From positions 33,642 to 97,641 of the forward strand of contig CAYWJX010000001.1 in assembly GCA_964459335.1 (NCBI GenBank): a stretch of DNA of 64,000 bases, given 5' to 3'. Position 1 is the first letter of the stretch, and each line of letters opens with the position of its first letter. The position numbers and the translations under genes are program-made. Of the stretch, positions 39,624 through 49,695 are shown in pieces. The notes under the pieces were generated by a model. The model saw nothing but the letters and a program-made list of their open reading frames with translations. It was not told where the DNA came from and made no database searches. Source of the stretch: an uncultured Candidatus Saccharibacteria bacterium (lineage in GTDB: Bacteria; Patescibacteriota; Minisyncoccia; Phycocordibacterales; SBAW01).

Positions 39624-40652
39624 TCAACGAATGTTCATCACGCTCTTTTGGAAGTCGCCGAGGCTTTGGCCCCAGAGCATTTTAAAAGCGCGGCGCATCT
39701 GCTTGAGATAGTCTTCGATAACGCTTGCGGGAGCGACCATGCTGCGCACCCTTGCAACATGCTCCGGATTCGTGGGATCGAGTTTATCGATACCCATCTC
39801 AATCCCCCAAATACGAAGCGCTTGCTTGTCCATGGGCGCCGGCAGGCGTGCCGGAAAACATGCCTCGTATTCCGCAAGACTCCAAAAACGAGTGCAGTCC
39901 GGCGTCCATGCCTCGTCTCCCAAAACGAGATCGCCGAGCTTGCCGTTTGCTAATCGTCGGCGCCCATACTCACATTTAGAATCGGCGCCGATAACACCGC
40001 GTCCGAGAGAATACCCCGCAAAGAGTTCGAAGTCTCGGAGCGCTGTTTCTTCGAGCTCTATGCCATGACTCTCGCGAACTTTTCGGTAGTTAAGAGGCTT
40101 ATCGTGGCCAACCTTTGCCTTGGTTGTCGGAGTAAAGAGAGGCTCTTGAAGTTTTGCTCCCTTGATTAAGCCTTCCGGCAAAAGGTGCCCGCAATAGGTA
40201 CGCTTGCCTTTTTTGCCTTTCTTGTAGGCCTTCATTAAATTGCCGACCGCATGGCCGCGAACGACGCACTCTATATCTTCCATGGTGAGCACATGGACGA
40301 CCGTGGCACACTGATGAAGCTCAGGATTCCCCCGCAGTTTAACCGGGAGAAAATGGTCGATATCGGGACCATAGGCAAGCAAATCATCTTGAGAAGCCGG
40401 GTCTGCGATTCTCCTGTAGAGTCTGGCGGCAATGTTAAACGCATTGAGTATCTCCCCCTTGCCGGGGATAAGAAAGCCGAGCCTAAAGTCAAAGATGCTT
40501 GCGCGGTGGCTCACAATCGGCAGTGCATTCGGCAGATTATGCCACTTGCCCGGCAAACGATAGGTATCGCGCACCTTCCCCACGCGAGGAAGATGCAGAG
40601 ACTCCACCAATTGCACGCGCAACGGTGACGAGTCGAGCGTTATGTGGGGCAT
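39624..40652 (-). CDS. purC: SAICAR synthetase-like protein (PurC family, long form)
   Basis: GKVRDTY, then IVSHRASIFDF, resemble the PurC GKVRDxY and TDRISAFD motifs. 342 aa. Confidence 0.55.
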   Translation of the reverse strand: MPHITLDSSPLRVQLVESLHLPRVGKVRDTYRLPGKWHNLPNALPIVSHRASIFDFRLGFLIPGKGEILNAFNIAARLYRRIADPASQDDLLAYGPDIDHFLPVKLRGNPELHQCATVVHVLTMEDIECVVRGHAVGNLMKAYKKGKKGKRTYCGHLLPEGLIKGAKLQEPLFTPTTKAKVGHDKPLNYRKVRESHGIELEETALRDFELFAGYSLGRGVIGADSKCEYGRRRLANGKLGDLVLGDEAWTPDCTRFWSLAEYEACFPARLPAPMDKQALRIWGIEMGIDKLDPTNPEHVARVRSMVAPASVIEDYLKQMRRAFKMLWGQSLGDFQKSVMNIR

Positions 40653-40761
40653 CTTCTCTTTCTCCTCTAACCTCTAGAGACAGTAACTAGTCCTCACATA
40701 CCTTAGTTTTTTTCCACTTTTCTGTCAAAGGAAGCCAAAAAGTTGAGGTATACTTTTACAT

Positions 40762-41220
40762 ATGAAAAAAACAGTGATAATACTCTTTTGTACGTGCTCT
40801 ATACTGTTCGGGCTCCCCGCCCTCGCACTAGCTTCATCGGTAGACTCTTCGGCGCCGATTCAAAAAGACATTGCCAATGTCTCGCCCACCGCGGCACAAG
40901 ATGCACAACCGCTCTTTGTCGCGCTCGACAGCTTTCGCTCGTCAATGGCCGGCGTGCTCGACTCACAACTTGCTTTTGCACAAGCAAAACTTGCCGGCAC
41001 ACCTCAACTGTCTATCACTGACATCTCTGCAACCAAAGACGCCGCAGTTTCAAATCCGTGGAGTACGTTTTGGTATGCGTTATATATGCTGTATTTTTAC
41101 GCACTCACTGTCCTGCGCTGGGTAGTCGGCAACGCGATAGTTTTTTATCCTGTCTTTGTATTGCTCGTGTTGTATATCCTCCTGCGCCTGTTTAGCTGGT
41201 GGCGCCGTCCGAGGTACTAA
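40762..41220 (+). CDS. Hypothetical protein with a signal peptide and a C-terminal TM region
   Basis: N-terminal signal-like MKKTVIILFCTCSILFGLPALALA and a hydrophobic C-terminus. Confidence 0.45.
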   Translation: MKKTVIILFCTCSILFGLPALALASSVDSSAPIQKDIANVSPTAAQDAQPLFVALDSFRSSMAGVLDSQLAFAQAKLAGTPQLSITDISATKDAAVSNPWSTFWYALYMLYFYALTVLRWVVGNAIVFYPVFVLLVLYILLRLFSWWRRPRY

Positions 41221-41235
41221 TACTCAAAGTATTTA

Positions 41236-41340
41236 GCGCGCAACTAAAAAAGAAAAAGCCAGGCGGGGGCGTGCCGCTTTTTAAGGAGCGAAGCGACTAT
41301 AAAAAGTGGGGTTAAAGCTTTTTCTTTTTTAGTTGCGCGC
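41236..41340. repeat. Large inverted repeat (24-bp perfect arms, about 57-nt spacer) between convergent genes; a bidirectional terminator or structured RNA
   Basis: Arms gcgcgcaactaaaaaagaaaaagc and gctttttcttttttagttgcgcgc. Confidence 0.5.
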
Positions 41341-41772
41341 TATTCTCCAATGCCAAAGCGCTATCCCAAACAGCACCAGCGTTGTCACGGCCGAAAGGCC
41401 GCAATAGAGGCACAGCGCGTGTATCACGATATATTGAAACAGCTCAAAACAAATCGAGCACACAAGGCCGATTGTTGCATACGCGAGCACATAAAGGCGG
41501 AGCTTTTGTGAGAGCGGTTTTATAGCAAGAAACGTAGCAAGTCCGAGCATGTATATATAGTAGAAGAGTCCGATGTAGGCAAAAGGCACGCCAAACGGCG
41601 TGGCATAAGGGCTGGAGAGCACAATCTCGCATCCACCGACGGCACAGGTGGGTATGATGCCAAGGAGGTGATAATACGAAAGATACAGCGTGTCACCCAA
41701 GCCAATAAAGGTGGCTGCAATGAGCCAAAAAGGCGTGAGCAAAACTTTTTCAACCGCATTTTGTGGAGGCAT
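41329..41772 (-). CDS. Vitamin K epoxide reductase (VKOR) family membrane protein
   Basis: Polytopic, with CAVGGC and the TM CxxC site (LCLYCGLSA). It lies adjacent to msrA. Confidence 0.6.
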   Translation of the reverse strand: MPPQNAVEKVLLTPFWLIAATFIGLGDTLYLSYYHLLGIIPTCAVGGCEIVLSSPYATPFGVPFAYIGLFYYIYMLGLATFLAIKPLSQKLRLYVLAYATIGLVCSICFELFQYIVIHALCLYCGLSAVTTLVLFGIALWHWRIARN

Positions 41773-41776
41773 ACTT

Positions 41777-42334
41777 TTATTTTAACAGATTCTTAAATTT
41801 GTCCTGCACCTTCTCGACTTTGGGGGTAATTATCAATTGACAGTACGGCGCGTTTTTGTGATGCTCAAAATATTGTTGGTGATAGTCCTCGGCTTTGTAA
41901 AATTGCACAAGTGGCTCGACCGACGTAACAATTTTTTTCGGCACGAGCATTTGGATGTTGGTTATGTATGTCTCCGACATTTGCTTTTGCCGCTCCGTGG
42001 TGTAAAAAATCGCCGAGCGATATTGCGGCCCCACATCGTTGCCTTGGCGGTTGGGCATGGTTGGATCATGGCTCGCAAAATATATTTGCAAAAGCTCGGG
42101 GAAGGCTATGAGGTCGGGGTTATACACAATTTTTGCCGACTCAACATAGGGAGTGGTGCCGGTTGAGACTTCATCGTAGCTCGGACCCTGCCTACCGGCA
42201 GGCAGGCCTATGTCATTTTTGTATACAGGCCCCGCGTATCCGGGCTCGACGCTCTCAACTCCCTTGATCATCAAAAAAACCGCCTCGGTGCACCAAAAGC
42301 ATCCTCCTCCAAAAACAATAGTCTCGGTATGCAT
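41777..42334 (-). CDS. msrA: Peptide-methionine (S)-S-oxide reductase MsrA
   Basis: The N-terminus TIVFGGGCFWCTEAVF has the GCFWC active site. Confidence 0.9.
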   Translation of the reverse strand: MHTETIVFGGGCFWCTEAVFLMIKGVESVEPGYAGPVYKNDIGLPAGRQGPSYDEVSTGTTPYVESAKIVYNPDLIAFPELLQIYFASHDPTMPNRQGNDVGPQYRSAIFYTTERQKQMSETYITNIQMLVPKKIVTSVEPLVQFYKAEDYHQQYFEHHKNAPYCQLIITPKVEKVQDKFKNLLK

Positions 42335-42416
42335 AAAAATAGTTTTGACTTATCCGGCAAACATAAGTATTATACCGCGCGGAACCGATCTAAGGCGAAA
42401 TACGGGGGAAACGTAA

Positions 42417-42647
42417 ATGAAGGTCATCATTCACACTAACAATGAGCTTACAAAGTCTCGTTTGTCGCAAGAAGCAAAACGTCTATATCCTGAGGACGAA
42501 AGGCTCTTCACGAAGACACTCGACGAACTCAAAAAAGTTCTCGACGAACATTGCCCCGGAGTTGTCAGAATCTTCTTCGCTGGCGCTCAACTCGACGTCT
42601 TTGAAGCTCGCGAACACATTGAGCGGGCACGAGGCGTGCAAGTATGA
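42417..42647 (+). CDS. Small hypothetical protein (76 aa)
   Basis: An ORF only. Confidence 0.3.
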   Translation: MKVIIHTNNELTKSRLSQEAKRLYPEDERLFTKTLDELKKVLDEHCPGVVRIFFAGAQLDVFEAREHIERARGVQV

Positions 42648-42677
42648 GCATTCAACTCCGCATCTTGCGGAGCTTTT

Positions 42678-43868
42678 TTATTTTAGATATTTTTTATTTT
42701 TTAATTTGTCGGGCAAATAGCTTTCTTTGTCGTACATTTTATAGCCTTTGTGGTAGCCGATATCCTTCATCAACTTTGTCGGTGCGTTACGCACCTTCAT
42801 GGGGATTGCCAGATTGCCGAGCTTTTTAACATCGTCAGCCGCCTCAAAATACGCGTCATATGAACGGCGCGATTTTTTGCACTGAGCCAGGTAGGCAACG
42901 CCGTGCGCGAGGTTGATGGCGCACTCCGGATAGCCAATGGTTTCGCACGCGCGAAAGACCGCGTTGGCAACAACGAGCGCGGTGGGCACCGCGAGCCCCA
43001 CATCCTCGCTCGCAAACACCACCATGCGCCGCGCGATAAACAGCGGGTCCTCCCCTGCTTCGACCATGCGCGCAAGATAGTAGAGCGCCGCGTCGGGCTG
43101 TGATGCGCGCATGCTTTTAATAAACGCACTGATGGTGTTGTAGTGCTCCTCGCCCATTTTGTCGTAGCGCAGATGTTGGGATTGTATGGACCGCTTGAGC
43201 GTGTCGACATTTATTGTGCCATAAAACATATGCGCGTTTTCGATAGCGTTGAGTGCCTGTCGCGCATCGCCTTGTGCAAACGCCACAAGCCAGTTGCGCG
43301 CGTCTTTGGGGACTTTCATTTTTGTATGCACGATTATTTTTTCTATCTCCTTTTCGCTCAGCTCATTGAGCACAAACACGCGGCAGCGCGAGAGGAGCGC
43401 ACCAATCACTTCAAAGCTCGGATTCTCGGTCGTGGCACCCACCAAAGTTAAATCGCCGCGCTCGACAAACGGTAACAAAAAATCCTGTTGCGCTTTATTA
43501 AACCGGTGGATTTCGTCGATGAACAAAACTTTGGGACGGGTAGCAACCGTGCTGGTAGCAAACGGTAGACTCACGCCTAGCGGCCCGGAGCGCCGTTTGT
43601 CTCCGGCACGGTTGCTACCCAACACATTTTTAATATCGTCCTTGCCTGCATCAACCGCCGAAAGCTCATAAAAATCGGCGTTGAGCGCGTTGGCGTAGAT
43701 ACGCGCAAGGGTTGTTTTGCCGCTCCCTGGTGGTCCCCACAAGATAAAAGAAAAAAGATGTTTGCCCTCGATAGCCTCGCGCAAAGGCTTGCCTTTTCCT
43801 ACCAGATGCTCCTGCCCCACAAACTCATCCAAGCTTTTGGGGCGGATTTTGTTCGCCAAAGGCTCCAT
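42678..43868 (-). CDS. rarA: Replication-associated recombination protein A (AAA ATPase, MgsA/WRNIP family)
   Basis: Walker A GPPGSGKTTLA, Walker B LFIDEIHRFNKAQQD, and a MgsA C-terminal domain. Confidence 0.9.
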   Translation of the reverse strand: MEPLANKIRPKSLDEFVGQEHLVGKGKPLREAIEGKHLFSFILWGPPGSGKTTLARIYANALNADFYELSAVDAGKDDIKNVLGSNRAGDKRRSGPLGVSLPFATSTVATRPKVLFIDEIHRFNKAQQDFLLPFVERGDLTLVGATTENPSFEVIGALLSRCRVFVLNELSEKEIEKIIVHTKMKVPKDARNWLVAFAQGDARQALNAIENAHMFYGTINVDTLKRSIQSQHLRYDKMGEEHYNTISAFIKSMRASQPDAALYYLARMVEAGEDPLFIARRMVVFASEDVGLAVPTALVVANAVFRACETIGYPECAINLAHGVAYLAQCKKSRRSYDAYFEAADDVKKLGNLAIPMKVRNAPTKLMKDIGYHKGYKMYDKESYLPDKLKNKKYLK

Positions 43869-43934
43869 ATATATAGTATACGCTTCGCGTGTAAGAGCGG
43901 TACACTTATTTTAAGAAACCCTTAGCGGGGCTTG

Positions 43935-44219
43935 TTATTGGCAATTGAGAGCCGCTAGGCACTGCGCTTTTTGAACACCTTGATACTCGCCGCATGCGGC
44001 GCATTGCTCGGCAGTACCCTTTGGTGCATTGGGGTCGTAGACACCGCCGGCGCCTTGGTCGGGTGCGGGTTTTTGCTCTGCAGACGACGTTTGCGTTGCC
44101 GCTTGCGGTGTTGTCGTTGCCACCGTTGGCGCGCTGGTTACGGTTGGCTCACTCGTATACGCATACACGGCTCCTCCGATAACAATAAGCGCGACAAGAA
44201 TAAGCACTTTCTTATTCAT
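43935..44219 (-). CDS. Small secreted Cys-containing hypothetical protein
   Basis: Signal/TM N-terminus, a Thr/Pro/Gln-rich region and a C-terminal CAACGEY...CLAALNC. Confidence 0.4.
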   Translation of the reverse strand: MNKKVLILVALIVIGGAVYAYTSEPTVTSAPTVATTTPQAATQTSSAEQKPAPDQGAGGVYDPNAPKGTAEQCAACGEYQGVQKAQCLAALNCQ

Positions 44220-44248
44220 ATGCAGTAAGTATACAATAGTCAGTATCC

Positions 44249-44818
44249 ATGGACACGAGCGATGAAGAACTCATACGCGCTTATCTTGGCGGTAACGAGA
44301 GTGCTTTTGCGGAGCTTACCAAACGACACCTAAGCGGCGTCTATTCTTTTGTCGTGCGTTTTGTGGGCAATGCCGAGGAAGCCGAGGACATCACGCAAGA
44401 GACATTTCTCAAGGCGTGGAAGAACCTCAAAAAATACGATTCTTCCTCGAGTAAATTTAAAACATGGCTCTTTCGGATTGCGCGCAACACCGCCATCGAC
44501 TTTTTGCGCAAAAAAAAGCACGTGCCATTTTCGCAATTTGATACGGAAGGCGGCGTCAATGTGCTCACCGAAACCATCCCCGACACCGAGGAGCTCCCCG
44601 ACGAGACTCTCATGAAGCTCGAAGACGCCAACGAACTCCACGCCGTCCTCGAGCGCCTGCCTCCCAAGGGGCGCGAAATTTTGTTGTTGTATTATACCAA
44701 TGAGCTCACGTTTGAGGAGATAGGCGAGGCTTTAGGAGAGCCGGCAAACACGGTTAAAAGCCGGCACCGGAGAGCCTTACAGACGCTCCGTAAAATATTG
44801 GAAGAACCTCCGGAGTGA
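44249..44818 (+). CDS. RNA polymerase ECF-type sigma-70 factor
   Basis: Region 2 (DITQETFLKAWKNLKKYD) and region 4 (LTFEEIGEALGEPANTVKSRHRRAL). Confidence 0.85.
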   Translation: MDTSDEELIRAYLGGNESAFAELTKRHLSGVYSFVVRFVGNAEEAEDITQETFLKAWKNLKKYDSSSSKFKTWLFRIARNTAIDFLRKKKHVPFSQFDTEGGVNVLTETIPDTEELPDETLMKLEDANELHAVLERLPPKGREILLLYYTNELTFEEIGEALGEPANTVKSRHRRALQTLRKILEEPPE

Positions 44819-44866
44819 TAAGGCCTGTAGTTGCACCAAATATAAGCTAACAGACGTATAAAAGGT

Positions 44867-45277
44867 ATGGAAAAAGGGCAAAAAATAAGCGTATATCTCC
44901 AAACTATCGAACCCGCGGCGGGTCTCTATGGCGCCGTTATGGAACGCATTGCCTACGCCAAGCGCCGCCAGGCACGCATGAGGAGCGGCCTTTTTGCCGC
45001 GCTTGCCATTGTGTCTGGTGCCGCGTTGGTGCCGGCGTTTCAATACACAGCCGAGCAATTTTATGTGTCGGGTTTTTACGATTATTTTACGCTCGTATTT
45101 TCCGACCGCGGATTTGTGCTCACCTATTGGCGGCAGTTTAGCCTCTCTCTTGTAGAGTCGCTGCCTTCTTTGGCACTCCTTTTGCTCTTGCCGATCGTAT
45201 GCGCACTCGGGTACTCACTGTATCGTTTGACGCAAACGAGCCGCATTGCGTTTACCGCCGTGCATGCAAGCGCATAA
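44867..45277 (+). CDS. Putative anti-sigma factor (membrane protein) downstream of the ECF sigma gene
   Basis: Short cytoplasmic N-terminus plus TM helices. Assigned by position. Confidence 0.4.
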   Translation: MEKGQKISVYLQTIEPAAGLYGAVMERIAYAKRRQARMRSGLFAALAIVSGAALVPAFQYTAEQFYVSGFYDYFTLVFSDRGFVLTYWRQFSLSLVESLPSLALLLLLPIVCALGYSLYRLTQTSRIAFTAVHASA

Positions 45278-45284
45278 TTATCGT

Positions 45285-45755
45285 ATGCTTGAAGATTATT
45301 TTTTTACCAAACGTACAAAGTGGGTGCTGTGGGGATTGCTCGCGCTCATCGTGGCCGCACTCATCTTCCACGCGGGCGTCGTGGTGGGACTCCACGACCG
45401 CGGCATGCCCGGCCACGATTTTGATAAAAGTTGGTTTGATGCACAAATACCGTTTGGTGGAGGAATTCTCCCCCTGCCGCAAGGTTTTATACCGGGCGGC
45501 CATGGGGCGTTTGGCACGATTGCCTCCATTACACTGCCTGCCGTCACGCTTACCACACGCGACGGCGTTACACTCACGGTTAAGGTTGATGAGGACACGC
45601 AAATTGTGGGTGCCACTCCCGAGGGCACGAGTAGCCCCACAGCGCTTAAGGTGGGAGACGTGATAGTTGTGCTCGGCGATCCGGATGATATAAGCTCAAG
45701 TAGCACGGTAGACGCACGGCTTATCCGCATATTACCTCCTCCTATTAATAAATAA
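45285..45755 (+). CDS. Hypothetical membrane-anchored protein
   Basis: The internal Met start MLEDYFFTKRTKWVLWG is followed by a TM helix and a Gly-rich domain. Confidence 0.4.
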   Translation: MLEDYFFTKRTKWVLWGLLALIVAALIFHAGVVVGLHDRGMPGHDFDKSWFDAQIPFGGGILPLPQGFIPGGHGAFGTIASITLPAVTLTTRDGVTLTVKVDEDTQIVGATPEGTSSPTALKVGDVIVVLGDPDDISSSSTVDARLIRILPPPINK

Positions 45756-45760
45756 TATAT

Positions 45761-47545
45761 ATGATCAAAAAAATAGCGGCCTGGTTTAACGCAGTTAAAA
45801 AATATGCATTCGCACACAAAATAATAAGTGCGATTGTGCTTGTCGTAGTGCTCGGCGGCGCGTGGTATATCTATGGGGCCACTACCTCGACGAGCGGTCA
45901 AACCCGCTATGTGCTCGGTGTAGTGGCAAGCAGCACCATTATCTCGACCGTGTCCGAGAGCGGACAAGTGAGCGCGAGCGATACGCTCACCATTACACCG
46001 CAAGTTTCCGGACAGGTGATATCGGTCAATGTGACGCCTGGGGAAGAAGTACATGCCGGGCAACAGATTGCCGAAATCGACCCTACTAATGCATTGCAGG
46101 CGGTGCAAAGCGCCAAAGAAAATTTGCAGAGCGCTCAGCTCGCTTTGCAAAAATTGCAGGAGCCGGCCACCACGCTCACGCTTACGCAACAGCAAAACAA
46201 CATTACGCAAAGCCAGCAAAGCCTTACCACGCTCTATCAAAGCAGTTATAGCGACGTCATCAATACCTTTGTCGACTTGCCCGCTATCATATCGGGGCTC
46301 CAAGATGTTGACCTCGGTAACGAGGCGGCGGGCGCATCCCAATGGAACATCGACTACTACTCGAGCCAGGCAAGCAAATATAATAGCCAGGCGAGCACCT
46401 ATCGCAATACCGCGTATAATGACTATCTTGCCGCACGCGCTTCGTACGACCAGACCTTTGCCGACTACCAGGCGCTCCCTTCCGTTCCCGACCAAACCAC
46501 TATCACCAACATTCTGCAGGAAACGTCGAGCACGACAGCCACCATTGCGACCGCCGTTAAAAGCGCCAACAACCTTATACAATTTTACAATGATCAGCTG
46601 ACCGAAAACGGCGGCACTCCTAAAGCTATCGCCGCTACACAAATAACCAATCTTAACTCCTATTTGAGCAAGGCGCAGACGCACATCAATACGCTCCTCG
46701 GCGACACAAACAGTCTCGTTAGTGATCAGCAAAGCATCACGATAGCCGAGCAAACACTTGCGCAAACACAAACAGGCGCCGACCCGCTCGATGTGCAAGG
46801 CGACCAGCTCAGCGTGCAAAAAGCACAGGAAGCACTCGACCAGGCCAACCAAACGCTCGCCGAATATTATGTCACCGCTCCGTTTGCGGGCCAGATAGCA
46901 TCGGTGCCGGTTAACCAATACGACCAAGCCGGCAGCGGCACCACGCTCGCAACGTTGGTGACGACACAGCAATACGCCGACCTTTCGCTCAACGAAGTGG
47001 ATGCGGCAAAAATACAGCTGGGCAATAAAGCAACAATTACTTTTGACGCGATACCGAGCCTCACCTTGACCGGCACGGTGGCTCAAATCGACCCGGTCGG
47101 CACCGTTTCGCAGGGTGTGGTTACCTACGACGTAAAAATTTCTTTTGACACGCAAGACTCGCGCGTTAAAACGGGCATGTCGGTCAATGCCAACATACAA
47201 ACCGCTGTTGCCGAAGGGGCACTCACGGTGCCCTCGGCAGCAATTAAAACAACCAACGGCGTGAGTTATATACAAGTGTTTAACCCGCCGCTCTCGACTA
47301 CGGGCGCAACGGTGAGCCAGGGCGTCGTCTCGGTTACCGCTCCTCAAAATGTCATGGTAACGACCGGCATCTCCGATACCACCAACACGCAGATTCTCTC
47401 CGGATTAACTCCCGGTGAGCAGATAGTGGTGCGCACAACGACGGGTAGTACGGCAACGGTAAGCGCCGCGGCGGCCGCAACGAGCCGCACCGGTGGCGCA
47501 GGCGGAGGGTTTGGTGGTGGAGGCGGTGCGGCGGTGCGATTGTAG
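45761..47545 (+). CDS. HlyD-family periplasmic adaptor (membrane fusion protein) of a MacAB-like efflux system
   Basis: N-terminal TM helix, a long coiled coil (Gln/Ala-rich heptads), barrel-sandwich and lipoyl-like motifs, and a Gly-rich C-terminus. The 683-aa antisense ORF at 45296..47347 is rejected. Confidence 0.75.
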   Translation: MIKKIAAWFNAVKKYAFAHKIISAIVLVVVLGGAWYIYGATTSTSGQTRYVLGVVASSTIISTVSESGQVSASDTLTITPQVSGQVISVNVTPGEEVHAGQQIAEIDPTNALQAVQSAKENLQSAQLALQKLQEPATTLTLTQQQNNITQSQQSLTTLYQSSYSDVINTFVDLPAIISGLQDVDLGNEAAGASQWNIDYYSSQASKYNSQASTYRNTAYNDYLAARASYDQTFADYQALPSVPDQTTITNILQETSSTTATIATAVKSANNLIQFYNDQLTENGGTPKAIAATQITNLNSYLSKAQTHINTLLGDTNSLVSDQQSITIAEQTLAQTQTGADPLDVQGDQLSVQKAQEALDQANQTLAEYYVTAPFAGQIASVPVNQYDQAGSGTTLATLVTTQQYADLSLNEVDAAKIQLGNKATITFDAIPSLTLTGTVAQIDPVGTVSQGVVTYDVKISFDTQDSRVKTGMSVNANIQTAVAEGALTVPSAAIKTTNGVSYIQVFNPPLSTTGATVSQGVVSVTAPQNVMVTTGISDTTNTQILSGLTPGEQIVVRTTTGSTATVSAAAAATSRTGGAGGGFGGGGGAAVRL

Positions 47546-47657
47546 TAGAAATTAAATTTATGGAGTGTTCGCAGGCCTGACGAGGCCGGAGATAGGAAAT
47601 TTTCAGCAGAAAATTTCTGCACTCCAGAAAATTAATTTCTACGAAAAACAAAATACC

Positions 47658-48371
47658 ATGATCGAAGTAAAAAACATCACCAAAACATACGGCTACGGCG
47701 ACACGGCCTTCCAAGCGCTTAACGGAGTTTCCTTTACGATTGAAGACGGCGAATTTGTCGCCATTATGGGACCTTCGGGCTCGGGCAAGTCGACGATGAT
47801 GCACATCCTCGGTTGTCTCGATACACCCACCTCCGGCACGTACCACCTCGACGGCAAGGACGTATCAAAGATGGACGACGAGGAACTCGCCGAAATTCGC
47901 AAAGATAAAATCGGATTTGTCTTCCAAGCATTCAACCTTCTTCCGCGCACCACGGTGTTACGCAACGTCATGTTGCCGCTTATGTATGCCGGTGTACCCG
48001 AGGACGAGCGCGTGGCGCGTGCCAAAGAGGCGCTACATTCCGCGGGTATGGTGGAGACGCATTTTATGCACAAGAGCAATGAGCTCTCGGGCGGCCAGAT
48101 ACAACGCGTCGCTATCGCACGCGCGCTTGTTAACGACCCATCACTTATTTTGGCCGACGAACCAACCGGAAACCTCGACACTAAAACGGGCGAGATTGTT
48201 CTCGGCACCTTTCAAAAACTCAACAAAGACTTTGGCAGTACTATCGTACTCATTACCCATGAGCCCGACATTGCCGAGCATGCCGAGCGCATTATTATGC
48301 TCCGCGACGGCGTGATTGTTTCGGATACCAAAAATCACAAACAAAGGCTCGCCCCTATTCATGAAAAATAA
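47658..48371 (+). CDS. ABC transporter ATP-binding protein (MacB/LolD-like)
   Basis: [24 protein letters not shown] and [11 protein letters not shown]. Confidence 0.9.
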   Translation: MIEVKNITKTYGYGDTAFQALNGVSFTIEDGEFVAIMGPSGSGKSTMMHILGCLDTPTSGTYHLDGKDVSKMDDEELAEIRKDKIGFVFQAFNLLPRTTVLRNVMLPLMYAGVPEDERVARAKEALHSAGMVETHFMHKSNELSGGQIQRVAIARALVNDPSLILADEPTGNLDTKTGEIVLGTFQKLNKDFGSTIVLITHEPDIAEHAERIIMLRDGVIVSDTKNHKQRLAPIHEK

Positions 48372-48412
48372 AAAAGATTTATATTAAATCTTTTTATTTT
48401 CTTTAAAATTAT

Positions 48413-49660
48413 ATGACTTTCAAAGATACACTCGAAGAAACCTATGCCGCACTCTCCGCAAATAGAGTGCGTTCGAGTCTCACGATACTTGGCATCGTCA
48501 TCGGCATCTCATCGGTTATTGCGCTTGTCTCGGTGGGTCAAGGCGCATCGGCATCCATATCCTCCAGTGTCAATGCACTCGGCTCCAACCTGCTTGAAAT
48601 AACACCGGGCGCCACGCGCCAAATAGGCGCAGGTGTCTCCGCTGGGCGCGGTACGGCACAGACGCTAACACAAGGCGACTCCGATGCCATATCCGCACAG
48701 GTTGCAAATGTACAATCGGTTGCCGACGAAGTCACCGGCAACTATCAGGTCGTGGCGCAAGGAAACAACACACGCGTTACCGTCGATGGCGTGAGCGAGG
48801 ACTATCCGCAAATACGCAACGTTGCCATCGACCAGGGCGCATTTGTTACCGACCAGCAAAGCATATCGCTCAACAAAGTGGCCGTGCTTGGTCCTACCGT
48901 AGCCGCCGACCTCTTTGGGACCGATACAACGCAGCCTGATGGGCTCCCAACCGGCATCGTGGGCCAAACCATCCGCATCAACAACATCGATTTTACCGTC
49001 ATAGGCATCGATGTTGCCAAGGGCGGCACGAGCTTTGGCTCCCAAGACAACGAGGTTTTTATTCCCGTTCAAACCGCTCAGCGATTTCTTACCGGCAACA
49101 ACTATCTCTCGACCATCGACGTACAGGCAAATAGTTCAACCGTGATGACGCAGGTACAAAACGATATCACCACTCTCCTTTTGGCCCGGCACAACATTAC
49201 CAATCCGACGCTGGCCGATTTTAGCGTGCTCAATCAGGCCGACATTTTGGCAAGCGCCTCATCAATCGGTACCACGCTTACGTATCTCCTTGGCGCCATT
49301 GCGGGCATCTCGCTTTTGGTGGGCGGCATCGGCATTATGAACATGATGCTCACCACCGTGACCGAGCGCACGCGCGAGATCGGCTTGCGCAAAGCTATCG
49401 GCGCGCGCAAGAGCGACATCAGCACGCAATTTTTAGTGGAGGCGGTCGCGCTTACGGTTATCGGCGGCATTATCGGCATTGTGCTCGGGGTTTCGATATC
49501 ACTTGGGGTGTCGTGGTCGGGACTCATCACCACCAGTATCTCGTGGGAGGCCATCGTACTCGCGTTTGGCGTCTCCGCCGCTATCGGTATCGCGTTTGGT
49601 TGGTATCCCGCGCGCCGCGCCGCCGGGCTCAACCCAATTGAGGCTCTGCGTTTTGAGTAG
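48413..49660 (+). CDS. ABC transporter permease, FtsX/MacB-type
   Basis: N-terminal TM helix, a large periplasmic domain, and a C-terminal FtsX four-TM bundle. Confidence 0.85.
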   Translation: MTFKDTLEETYAALSANRVRSSLTILGIVIGISSVIALVSVGQGASASISSSVNALGSNLLEITPGATRQIGAGVSAGRGTAQTLTQGDSDAISAQVANVQSVADEVTGNYQVVAQGNNTRVTVDGVSEDYPQIRNVAIDQGAFVTDQQSISLNKVAVLGPTVAADLFGTDTTQPDGLPTGIVGQTIRINNIDFTVIGIDVAKGGTSFGSQDNEVFIPVQTAQRFLTGNNYLSTIDVQANSSTVMTQVQNDITTLLLARHNITNPTLADFSVLNQADILASASSIGTTLTYLLGAIAGISLLVGGIGIMNMMLTTVTERTREIGLRKAIGARKSDISTQFLVEAVALTVIGGIIGIVLGVSISLGVSWSGLITTSISWEAIVLAFGVSAAIGIAFGWYPARRAAGLNPIEALRFE

Positions 49661-49695
49661 CAAAAAGCCTCTATGGTACACTTATAATTCTCACT

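Noticed and set aside
45296-47347. A 683-aa minus-strand ORF spanning most of the HlyD adaptor gene
   Set aside because: It is antisense to a well-supported MFP gene (coiled-coil Gln/Ala codons read backwards give Cys/Arg/Leu-rich nonsense). Its composition is low-complexity and it contains no recognisable domain.
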